From Methanosarcina sp. UBA7 (GTDB lineage: Archaea; Halobacteriota; Methanosarcinia; Methanosarcinales; Methanosarcinaceae): a stretch of DNA of 52,051 nt. Position 1 is the stretch's first letter, and the number at the start of each line of letters is the position of its first letter. Both the position numbers and the translations under genes were made by a program. The DNA lies in contig DAQQ01000063.1 in NCBI GenBank assembly GCA_002508465.1, forward strand, positions 1 through 52,051, written 5' to 3'. Below the pieces are notes generated by a model, which saw only the letters and a list, made by a program, of their open reading frames with translations, was not told the DNA's origin and did not search any database. This document shows, piece by piece, positions 39,572 to 48,412 of this stretch.

Positions 39572-40604
39572 TGTTGTGCTGGCTATTTTTAGAAAGGACT
39601 TGATAACATCGGTAAAGAGCAAGAATTTATTGATAATACTATTAACTCCGGTCTTTTTGTCTCTTCTCTTTAATTCTACAATTTCATTGACTGATAACAC
39701 TGTAGTACCCGTTGCAGTTTATGATGAAGGTTCCAGTACCGATTTCATTGAATATCTAAGTTCGAGAAGTAACTATGATGTAACTATTGCAGACTCTGCC
39801 GTTAAGTCCGAAGAGTTACTTTATAATCAAAAAGTTTCAGCCATTATGCTTGTGCCGAAAGGCTTCAGTGCAGATATAAAAAATGGACTCACTCCTTCCC
39901 TGAATATCATTGTCAATCCGTATGAGGCAAAATCAGTCGTATTTTTGCAAACTTATAAAGACATTGTCATGGACTTTGCAGGACAGAGATATCCGGTGAA
40001 TATTACCTTAAATATGCTTTCTGGAAACTTGCAGTCAAGGTTCACCATCCCTGTGTGGATTATGTTTACCGTAATATTTGTTGGAATGATGGTTTTACCC
40101 AATACGCTAACTACAGAGAAAGAGAAAAAAACCCTTGACGCAATACTTGTGTCACCGGCTTCGGAAAAAGATGTGATTTATGGCAAATCGCTTTTTGGAC
40201 TGTTCTTGACTATACTCATATCCCTGGTTATAATTATTATAAACAAAGGTTTCGTCGGAAACTTTCTATCAGTCACAGTTTTTATAATTCTCGGTTCTAC
40301 CGTATTCACAGGCCTTGGGCTTCTGATTGCCAGTTACGCTGATACTTACTCTTCAGCATCTCTATTTTCCACTGTTTGCATGGCACCCATGATTTTGCTT
40401 GCCCTGCTGGCCGATTTGTCCCGAGAGATCGGGTATATTTCCCATCTCGTACCAAGCACTTACGTGTTTTACGGAATAAAAAATGCTATGTTGAATAACT
40501 CCGGAATCTCTGATCTTTATCCTGAGGTTGGAACCCTTCTCATATTTAACATTCTTGTATATGTGCTGACATTTCGTATTCTCAAGAAGAAAAGATATTC
40601 TTGA
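39561..40604 (+). CDS. ABC-2 type permease
   Basis: N-terminal TM, extracellular domain, EKEKKTLDAILVSP motif and further TMs; overlaps the ATPase gene. Confidence 0.9.
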   Translation: MNLNVVLAIFRKDLITSVKSKNLLIILLTPVFLSLLFNSTISLTDNTVVPVAVYDEGSSTDFIEYLSSRSNYDVTIADSAVKSEELLYNQKVSAIMLVPKGFSADIKNGLTPSLNIIVNPYEAKSVVFLQTYKDIVMDFAGQRYPVNITLNMLSGNLQSRFTIPVWIMFTVIFVGMMVLPNTLTTEKEKKTLDAILVSPASEKDVIYGKSLFGLFLTILISLVIIIINKGFVGNFLSVTVFIILGSTVFTGLGLLIASYADTYSSASLFSTVCMAPMILLALLADLSREIGYISHLVPSTYVFYGIKNAMLNNSGISDLYPEVGTLLIFNILVYVLTFRILKKKRYS

Positions 40605-40689
40605 GAACACGGACTAGAGTTGCCCGATTTTATTATTTCAGCCTTTCTTGAGATGAACAGGGGTCAGTGCCTAACCTCAGCTCAGTTGC

Positions 40690-42228
40690 TTATATTGCCG
40701 TTAAAGGAGTTGAATTATTCTTAGAGAAATTCTGCGTTGTTACATTTATCCATAGGTTAAGATTTCTGTAAGGTACACTGACATTTTCTTCTAACATGTC
40801 CTTTTTATCGTTATTGTAGAGCAAAAAGCCAAGATTCATGTGCGTTCCCACGAAGGGAGGAGTTATAGTTACTGCTTTTTCCAGGGTCTGGTTGTTTTCA
40901 ATGCATATATTTTTCCAAATATCCGACAAAGGTAGAGGCATGTCCTCGAGCCTGACTTCCATTGTATAGTTTACGGGTTTCTGCTCATGATTTATAATTC
41001 CTATTATTACAGTCCCATTTTCCCCGAGTACGTAGTCGATAGGATAATTTTCAGCTGTTCCATCGGGCCCCAGAATGTAAAATTCGGTAAAAGGCTCCTT
41101 TAAAGATTCAGTGTCCAGAACATCAACTTCCGTAGAAGGTTCTTTAAAAGACTCCGCGATTTTCAGCATTTCGGTTTTTTCAAGAGACCCAATCAGGTTT
41201 ATCTCAACCCCACCAAGCTCCCACTGCAACATCTTCGTGTCCCCAAATTCATTAAGATATTTTCCTTCCTTTCCATTGATGCTGATTTTTTCAGCTCCCC
41301 CCATGAGAGTGTTTTCTTCAGACTTGTTTTCATAGACAGTCTCTATTACATCGAAATTTCCAGTTCCTTTCTGGTAGCTAAGAATTACGGTTTCTGAACC
41401 CTGACCTTCAGGGTCTGTATCATCTTCCTTAGATATTGTTGTCGAGTTAAGCATGTAGCCGTCTGGTATATAATCAGGGATAAGGATCTTAAAGCTCACC
41501 TGTTGCCCGGCTTCTTCAAAGCTCAGGTTGTTGGGGACTTTGAGCTCTTCGTCAATGTCCAGAGTTTCTACTTTTGCCCCTTCGGGAATCTCAAATTTGA
41601 ATTCCGAGTCCGGAATCCCGGTGTTTATTTTCAAATCACGTATTTCTACCTCTGTTAACAGGTTTCCTTTATTGTTGTAAATACTGGACTTAAGTACCAT
41701 CCATGTATCTCTGTCAACCCATATTTTCGTTCGAGAAGCTATCTCTGACTCGTTTTCGTTAACCTTTGGCCGTACCTCAAGGACATACACACTTCTTCCG
41801 TCCACCTCGTCAACTCCGAGCATGGAAACATTACTTTCATTCACGAAACTACCTATGACGCTGACAATATCTTTTTTCTTTAAGAGTGGTTCATCGGGCA
41901 ATTTTATCTTCATGACTGTGTTTTTTTCAGCGTCATAAATCCATACGAATTCCCCATCCGAGACCGACTCGACTTCTTTTCCGTCTTCCACACCAAACGT
42001 CTTCATCAGGTTAGGTTTCTTATATATTATTTGGACTTCCTCTTCAAGGTCCTTTTTCCCATTGAGGTATACTGTTGTGTGTATTGTGCCAGAGTAATCT
42101 TCAAGGCTGGCTTCTTTTTCCTGCATTTTATCTACAATCTCTTCTGCACTCAGTTTTTCCTCACACCCAGATACAATAAGAGACGGACTTATAAAAATTA
42201 GTATAAGTAACAGTTTTATATGTTTCAT
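40690..42228 (-). CDS. Lipoprotein with a LolA-like sorting domain, a DUF4367-like domain and a DUF1616-like C-terminal domain
   Basis: Lipobox IVSGC; VSDGEFVWIYD, KIWVDRDTW and IPDSEFKFEIP; EPFTEFYILG...IINHE in the C-terminus. Confidence 0.75.
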   Translation of the reverse strand: MKHIKLLLILIFISPSLIVSGCEEKLSAEEIVDKMQEKEASLEDYSGTIHTTVYLNGKKDLEEEVQIIYKKPNLMKTFGVEDGKEVESVSDGEFVWIYDAEKNTVMKIKLPDEPLLKKKDIVSVIGSFVNESNVSMLGVDEVDGRSVYVLEVRPKVNENESEIASRTKIWVDRDTWMVLKSSIYNNKGNLLTEVEIRDLKINTGIPDSEFKFEIPEGAKVETLDIDEELKVPNNLSFEEAGQQVSFKILIPDYIPDGYMLNSTTISKEDDTDPEGQGSETVILSYQKGTGNFDVIETVYENKSEENTLMGGAEKISINGKEGKYLNEFGDTKMLQWELGGVEINLIGSLEKTEMLKIAESFKEPSTEVDVLDTESLKEPFTEFYILGPDGTAENYPIDYVLGENGTVIIGIINHEQKPVNYTMEVRLEDMPLPLSDIWKNICIENNQTLEKAVTITPPFVGTHMNLGFLLYNNDKKDMLEENVSVPYRNLNLWINVTTQNFSKNNSTPLTAI

Positions 42229-42349
42229 TTTTTTTCCCTGCATTTCAAATCTTAAAAATAATTTTAATATTGGTTTTTACTTTCTCACATCGTTATATAT
42301 TTTATTGGACTTGCATATTGTAAAATAGAAAAAAAACAGAGTGATATTT

Positions 42350-43138
42350 ATGCCTTTAATTTCCCTAACCACCGATTTTGGAGACCTCTATCCCGCAGCC
42401 ATGAAAGCCGTAATTCTGGGAATAAACCCTGCTGTACAGATTGTTGATATCACCCACTCCATCCGACAGACAGGAATCCGGGAAGGAGCTTTTGCGCTTT
42501 ATTCTCTTGTTCGATATTTCCCGCAGGGAACCGTACATATAGGCGTTGTCGATCCCGGAGTTGGGACTTCACGCCGTGCTCTTGCTATTAAAGCAGGCTG
42601 TGAAGGAGAAGAACAATTTTTTGTCGGTCCTGACAACGGGCTATTGATCCCTGCAGCTCGCAGCCTTGGCGAAATTGAAATATACGAAATCACAAATCCT
42701 GAACTTATGCTGAAATCAGGATTTTCTGCAACTTTCCACGGCAGGGATATTTTTGCACCTGCAGGGGCCCGTCTCTCAAAAGGCACACCTATCGAGGCTG
42801 TAGGACCGAGAATTTCGGACTTTGTTAACCTTGACTTTGAAAATTTCGGAATTGACGGCCCCTTCATTATAGGTGAGGTTATTTTTGCAGACAACTTCGG
42901 AAATATTATTACTAATATCCCGGAAGAAATAGTTTTAAAATTCTCTAGTTTTGGCTCACAGATAGAAATAAACAGCAGAAGGATCTCCTTTGTTCAAACC
43001 TATGGTTTTGTAGGGGAGAAAGAGCCTCTTGCCCTTATAGGCAGTCACAGATTCCTGGAAATTGCCGTAAACAAAGGAAATGCTGCACGTCAGTTCGGAC
43101 TTAAAAGCGGAGATCAGGTAGTAGTAAAGACTGTATAA
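42350..43138 (+). CDS. SAM hydroxide adenosyltransferase (DUF62, chlorinase/fluorinase family)
   Basis: LTTDFG, VVDPGVGTSRR, GPDNG, TFHGRDIFAP and DNFGN. Confidence 0.92.
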   Translation: MPLISLTTDFGDLYPAAMKAVILGINPAVQIVDITHSIRQTGIREGAFALYSLVRYFPQGTVHIGVVDPGVGTSRRALAIKAGCEGEEQFFVGPDNGLLIPAARSLGEIEIYEITNPELMLKSGFSATFHGRDIFAPAGARLSKGTPIEAVGPRISDFVNLDFENFGIDGPFIIGEVIFADNFGNIITNIPEEIVLKFSSFGSQIEINSRRISFVQTYGFVGEKEPLALIGSHRFLEIAVNKGNAARQFGLKSGDQVVVKTV

Positions 43139-43150
43139 AAGCGACTAGCA

Positions 43151-43218
43151 ATTCTAGATCAATTACTTTAGATCAATTATTTTAGATCGGCTATTTTAGA
43201 TCGGCTATTTCAGATCAG
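43151..43218. repeat. 15-bp tandem repeat x~5 (ttagatc core)
   Basis: tagatcaattacttt / tagatcaattatttt / agatcggctatttt ... Confidence 0.8.
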
Positions 43219-43349
43219 ATTAGTTATTTTTTAACTTTTGGATTTCCTTTTAAGTAGACTTTAACTGTTTTTCTTTCTCAAAAGTCAACAAGATACTTAA
43301 TTCAGCGGAATTTTTATATAATTATCCGGGTACAGGCAGTCTGTTGAGA

Positions 43350-44855
43350 ATGAAACTGACTACCTTGAAAACTTACAAGCTTGAAGTTTTCTTTTTATTT
43401 GCTCTGGTTATTTTGAGCATTTTTACCCTCTCAGGAAATGGAAATGCAGATAATTCTGCAGCAAGCTCTGGGGGAACTTTCTGGCTTCCCTCAACAGTAA
43501 TGCAATCAGTAGCCGCATTGTATGCAGTATTTATTGCTATTTTCATATTATCTCTGCAAAGCAACAGGGACAGCACTAACTCAATTGCCAACCGGATAAA
43601 ACCGCCTCTGAAGATAGTATCCTATACGGCAGCAGGAACAATATATTTTAACGGACTGATACTGATTGTTTTTAGCTTTGGCTCATTTTCCGAAGCCAAA
43701 ATGAGATTTTTACTGATTTCCTCTCTTGTTTCAATGGTTTTATCCCTCTTAGCCATCGTTTACTCCTCTATGAACCTGCTAAGCAACGTTTCGGGCTTAA
43801 AAACCTCTTCTGAAAAGCTTTCATACATTTCGGATCTTCTTAGAGGACAGGAAGAAAATCCTGTTAACCCACTTAAACAAAACGAAAAAGATACGCAATT
43901 CTGCATCAAAGCTCTGGAAGACGAAAATCCGGAGGTCAGAGCAATTGCAGCCGAAGCCCTGGGCCAGGCAAGAGGCCCTGAAGTAGAGAAGGCACTTCTT
44001 GGACTCCTTGAGGATAAGAATTCCAGAGTAAGAATAACTGCAGCCAGAAACCTTGGTCGGATAGGAACAGAAAATGCATCAGTATCGTTAATTAAACGAT
44101 TGGCTGTAGACAAAGACCCTGTGTTCCGAGCGTGTGCTATAGAATCCCTTGGGAACCTTGAAGACAAACAGGCAATTGAACCTTTAATTAAGAGCCTGGA
44201 CGACAAGGTTCCCGAAGTCAGGATAGCTGCAGCCCGTTCCCTGGGGATTTTAAGTGATGAGAAGGCTGAGGAAGCCCTTATCGCAAAACTGGATAAGAGC
44301 TCTCCGGAACTGCAAAAACAGATAGTACTGGCTCTGGGGAGTTCTGGAAGCAAAAAACCCACAGGACTCAGTAGTAAAAAAGCCGCAGAAGCCCTTATCC
44401 GTAAACTGAGAAATAAGGACCCAGAACTTAGAAAGTGTGCTGCCGAATCTCTTGGAAAACTGGAATCTCCAGAGTCAGTAGCCCCGCTTCTCAAATGCCT
44501 TGATGATGCGAATCCTGAAGTAAGAAATGCTGCTGCTTACTCTTTGGGAATTCTTAGAGCTGAAAAAGCAATAGATGCTCTTCTGGGAATGCTGGCTGAA
44601 GAAGATTCCGAACTCCGAATCACTGCAGTCTATGCCCTTGGGAATATAAGCAGCCGAAAAGCAGTTGATGCACTTCTCGAAACTCTCAATGACAGCAACC
44701 CCTGGGTCAGACGGTACGCCGCCGAAGCCCTTGCAAAAATAGGTGATCAAAAAGCAACAGCTTCCCTTGTCAAAAACTTAAACGATCCTGACCCTGAAGT
44801 CAGATGGGCTACAGCTGAAGCTTTAAGGGTGCTGGATAAGCAGAACTCAAGGTAA
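43350..44855 (+). CDS. Membrane-anchored HEAT/PBS-lyase repeat protein
   Basis: About 4 N-terminal TMs followed by about 10 L-x-D-x-x-P-E-V-R-x-x-A-A-x-A-L-G repeats. Confidence 0.9.
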   Translation: MKLTTLKTYKLEVFFLFALVILSIFTLSGNGNADNSAASSGGTFWLPSTVMQSVAALYAVFIAIFILSLQSNRDSTNSIANRIKPPLKIVSYTAAGTIYFNGLILIVFSFGSFSEAKMRFLLISSLVSMVLSLLAIVYSSMNLLSNVSGLKTSSEKLSYISDLLRGQEENPVNPLKQNEKDTQFCIKALEDENPEVRAIAAEALGQARGPEVEKALLGLLEDKNSRVRITAARNLGRIGTENASVSLIKRLAVDKDPVFRACAIESLGNLEDKQAIEPLIKSLDDKVPEVRIAAARSLGILSDEKAEEALIAKLDKSSPELQKQIVLALGSSGSKKPTGLSSKKAAEALIRKLRNKDPELRKCAAESLGKLESPESVAPLLKCLDDANPEVRNAAAYSLGILRAEKAIDALLGMLAEEDSELRITAVYALGNISSRKAVDALLETLNDSNPWVRRYAAEALAKIGDQKATASLVKNLNDPDPEVRWATAEALRVLDKQNSR

Positions 44856-44861
44856 AAGAAA

Positions 44862-45050
44862 TTATACCTTAGCTTCCTTTTCACGGAAGCCGAGGTACTT
44901 TTCCGGGTTATCCTGGAATCTCTTCATGCACTCATACGAACAAAAATAATATGTTCTTCCCTTGTAGTCACTTTTGTATGTTACATCTCTTTCTGTAACA
45001 TCCATATCGCATACAGGATCAAAACGTGTTCCACTCCCTTTCATTTGCAT
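44862..45050 (-). CDS. YHS-domain small protein
   Basis: DPVCDM...YKGRTYYFCSYECMKRFQDNPEKY; GGAGG RBS. Confidence 0.88.
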   Translation of the reverse strand: MQMKGSGTRFDPVCDMDVTERDVTYKSDYKGRTYYFCSYECMKRFQDNPEKYLGFREKEAKV

Positions 45051-45414
45051 AATTTATCCTCCATTGGTCCGATTATATCGTTTTACTCTTTCAAAGCCTA
45101 AATATTGGCAGCTTCCCCTTCCCTACTGCGCTTTTAACCAGTTGCTGCAAATAAACTCAAATAACTGATTAGAACTATAATATTTACTAATTTTTATATA
45201 ATTATTTTTGATAGCGTTTCTAACACTTTTCTCGCTTACAGACACTTCTTATACTTTTCTTTTGTACTTTTTGGGAAATTTCAACAAATATTTATATTTC
45301 TTTTCAATATACAATTGAAAAAAACTCTATTATTCATAATATTGTATTTGAAAGCTCATCTTCCAAGATTTGCTTCGTGTTATGTAATTAAACTATATAT
45401 GGAGCTAAATTCTT

Positions 45415-48033
45415 TTGCCAGGCGATGAATCAGAATCTTCGTTCGAATGTTTAAATGATGTTTCAACGGAACAAGATGTACTTGGATTCCGTCCTTACGT
45501 TGAAGCCATTGCAGAATTTCTTACCGCTAAAGGAACTTTAGCTCCAATTACTCTTTCTATTGAGGGGCAGTGGGGATGTGGTAAATCTTCTTTCATGAAA
45601 CAATTGAAAGAGGAAATAGAAAGGGGAAATATATGTGATATATCTATCAGAAAATTCATAAAGTATCTATTTTTAAATAAGAAAAAAGAAGATCTTCCGG
45701 AATTAAAACCTCTTATTTCTAAATTAGAAACCCTTTTTTCTTCCATTGAAGAAAAGTTTTCACAAAAGAATGGAAATGAACTAAATAACCAAGATGAAAA
45801 TTTTGATCCATATTCTTTCGGAAATAAAATAAGAGCAATTTTGATATATATTCCTTCAAAAATCAAAAGGAGAAAGTATTTTACAGTCTGGTTTAACTGC
45901 TGGAGATATGAGAAAGAAGATGAATTATGGGCTGCCTTTGCACTTATTTTTATGGAACAACTGTCAGAACAGCTTTCTTGGTGGCGAAGACCGTGGGCAC
46001 AATTTAAATTAAGATATCTAAGGCTTGAATGGAAGGGTAAAAGTTCATTTTGTTTAAAAATACTCTCTTTTTTAGCTTTTCTTTTTGCCCTTTATTCTAT
46101 TCCAAACATTATTTCATTAAATGAATCAGCAATTATAATTACCCAAATAATCGGCTTTATTCTTTCAATATTGTATATTTGGAAGGATATTAGAGATATT
46201 ATCGGGAATCCTTTTAATTTCAGCAAATTGGTGTCCAATCCAAATTACACTGAGCACATCTCTTTTATAGAACACTTCCATTCTGATTTTGATAGGATAC
46301 TTGAATCTTATGTTGGAAATTCAAGGGTTTATGTATTTGTAGATGACCTTGACCGTTGTGAGGTCCCAAAAGCTGCAGAACTTATGCAGGCTCTAAACCT
46401 CATGATATCGGATAAAGCAAATGTTTATTTTTCCATAGGTATAGACCGCAAAGTCATCTCCGCAGGACTTGCAGCTAAAAACGGAAAAATTCTTAGGCAT
46501 TTGGGCGTCAATGGACTTAAATACGGTTATGATTACATTGAAAAATTTATCCAGCTCCCTTTTAAAGTTCCCAGTCCAAAAACTGGGGATTTCAAGAAAT
46601 TTATGAATCCTCTACCTGAAAAGAGAAATTCCTGGTTATATGATGATCCATTGAGTAAAATGTTTAAGAAATTTTTCAGTAAATTTAAAGTTAATCACCT
46701 AAGTTCACAGTTTGATAAAAACAGTATTCCGTCGGAAAATCCTCAAAGTGGCAAACCTGGGGAAGATGTTCCCATAAATGCTACAAATGATGAACCGGAA
46801 AAAGAGGAGAATATCACAAATGATATAGACTGTGATGAGAAATTAGTGGAACTTGATCACATTCTGGAAATGGTTGCTCCAGCTCTTGATAGAAACCCCC
46901 GCCGTATGAAACAGTTCATTAATCAGTTTCGTTTTCAGAGAACCATAGGAAAAAGAACAGGGCTCTTTTCCTATAATAAGGGGACTGCTCCTGAAAATAT
47001 GTGGAACTGCAAAAAACTTGCAAAATTTGTGGCAATAAGCATAAACTGGAACGCAATCATTGCTGCTCTGAATTCAAATAGAATGCTTCTTACCCACTTG
47101 CAGGAATATGTATTATTGCAGCCGAAAAATGAAGATAAAAATCTGGAGGAATGGGTCCAGGACAAAAGGCTGATCGAATTATTGAAGTACGGCTGCGTAG
47201 AAGAAAGTAATCCCTCGCAAAATGCAGCCGAATACACGTTATCAGGCCTTGATCTCAGCAAGTTATTGCAGGTTTCACCCGTCGTAGTATATCCAGAAGA
47301 AACTCCAAGAGTTTTCAAAGATCACGAAATCCCCAAAACCTCCATCAGTCCTTCTACAGACATGGAATTCTTACTGATTTCAGCCGGAAGTTTTTCAATG
47401 GGCTCACCTTCCGACCAAGATAACAGATATAATGATGAAGAGCCGATCCATAAAGTAACAATCAAAAATCCTTTCTACCTTGGCAAATATCCTGTTACTC
47501 AGAAGCATTGGACTATTGTAATGGGTAACAATCCTTCCAGTTTCAAAGGTGATAACCTGCCTGTGGAATCAATCTCATGGAATGATGTCCAGGAATTTAT
47601 CGCAAAACTCAATAAAATGGAAGGCACTGTTAAATATCGCTTACCTTCCGAAGCTGAATGGGAATACGCGTGCCGTGCCGGAACAACAACGAGATATTTC
47701 TTTGGGGATGATGAGTCGAAGCTTGGGTATTATGCATGGTATAGCAATAACTCTGAAGCTGAAACTCATCCAGTTGGACAGAAGAAACCCAATCCATGGG
47801 GTCTTTATGACATGCATGGAAATGTTTGGGAATGGGTTCAGGACAGATGGCATGATAACTACAAAGGTGCTCCTTCTGATAGTAATGCCTGGGAAAAGGG
47901 AAGTAACTTTGATCGTGTGAGCAGGGGTGGTAGCTGGCACTCCGATGCCCTTCGCTGTCGGTCAGCCTATCGTCTCAAGTACTTCAGCGACGTTCACTAC
48001 CGCATTGGCTTCCGTCTTCTGAAGGAATTGTAA
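45415..48033 (+). CDS. KAP-family P-loop NTPase (2 TM) fused to a C-terminal FGE-sulfatase/SUMF1 (C-type lectin fold) domain
   Basis: GQWGCGKS, WFNCWRY, VFVDDLDRC, YIEKFIQLPF and NPRRMKQFIN; then FSMGS, YPVTQ, RLPSEAEWEYACRAG, LYDMHGNVWEW, RGGSW and GFRL. Confidence 0.9.
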   Translation: MPGDESESSFECLNDVSTEQDVLGFRPYVEAIAEFLTAKGTLAPITLSIEGQWGCGKSSFMKQLKEEIERGNICDISIRKFIKYLFLNKKKEDLPELKPLISKLETLFSSIEEKFSQKNGNELNNQDENFDPYSFGNKIRAILIYIPSKIKRRKYFTVWFNCWRYEKEDELWAAFALIFMEQLSEQLSWWRRPWAQFKLRYLRLEWKGKSSFCLKILSFLAFLFALYSIPNIISLNESAIIITQIIGFILSILYIWKDIRDIIGNPFNFSKLVSNPNYTEHISFIEHFHSDFDRILESYVGNSRVYVFVDDLDRCEVPKAAELMQALNLMISDKANVYFSIGIDRKVISAGLAAKNGKILRHLGVNGLKYGYDYIEKFIQLPFKVPSPKTGDFKKFMNPLPEKRNSWLYDDPLSKMFKKFFSKFKVNHLSSQFDKNSIPSENPQSGKPGEDVPINATNDEPEKEENITNDIDCDEKLVELDHILEMVAPALDRNPRRMKQFINQFRFQRTIGKRTGLFSYNKGTAPENMWNCKKLAKFVAISINWNAIIAALNSNRMLLTHLQEYVLLQPKNEDKNLEEWVQDKRLIELLKYGCVEESNPSQNAAEYTLSGLDLSKLLQVSPVVVYPEETPRVFKDHEIPKTSISPSTDMEFLLISAGSFSMGSPSDQDNRYNDEEPIHKVTIKNPFYLGKYPVTQKHWTIVMGNNPSSFKGDNLPVESISWNDVQEFIAKLNKMEGTVKYRLPSEAEWEYACRAGTTTRYFFGDDESKLGYYAWYSNNSEAETHPVGQKKPNPWGLYDMHGNVWEWVQDRWHDNYKGAPSDSNAWEKGSNFDRVSRGGSWHSDALRCRSAYRLKYFSDVHYRIGFRLLKEL
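47914..48021 (+). other. Putative DGR variable region (VR)
   Basis: By hand count 63/108 GC, 15/108 A and 29/36 codons NNY, within an otherwise AT-rich gene; spans RGGSW to GFRL. Confidence 0.55.
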
Positions 48034-48142
48034 TTACCTTTTACTTTATCGTTTTACACTGCTATGGAGTAACTGATTCTTCGGTAAAGCCCGAAGGCTC
48101 AAAGCGTGCGAAGCCGCCGAGCCTGAGATGCTGAGCCTCAAA

Positions 48143-48411
48143 ATTTAAAAAAATAGTTTCTCTTTCCCATAATTCAGCCCTCTTGAGCGAACGAAGTGAG
48201 CGAAAAGGGCACCGTCCTCCCGAGACGGGACTCGGGATTTAAAAAATAGTTTCTCTCTCCCATAATTCAGCCCTCTTGAGTGAACGAAGTGAATGAAAAG
48301 GGCTTCGTGCTCCCGAAGAGAAATTCGGGTAATTCAGCCCTCTTGAGCGAACGAAGTGAGCGAAAAGGGCACCGTCCTCCCGAGACGGGACTCGGGTGAC
48401 GGAACTCGGGA
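48143..48411. repeat. Three tandem copies of a ~67-bp double-hairpin REP/MITE-like element
   Basis: taattcagccctcttgagcgaacgaagtgagcgaaaagggc...cccgag..ctcggg at about 48170, 48263 and 48330. Confidence 0.88.
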
Positions 48412-48412
48412 G

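Noticed and set aside
42350..43138. Fluorinase or chlorinase
   Set aside because: The Asp-Arg-His pattern (DPGVG..RR, TFHGRD) indicates the common DUF62 SAM hydrolase
48143..48411. Mini-CRISPR or DGR template repeat
   Set aside because: Inter-repeat segments are duplicated rather than unique, and there is no AAC-rich similarity to the VR
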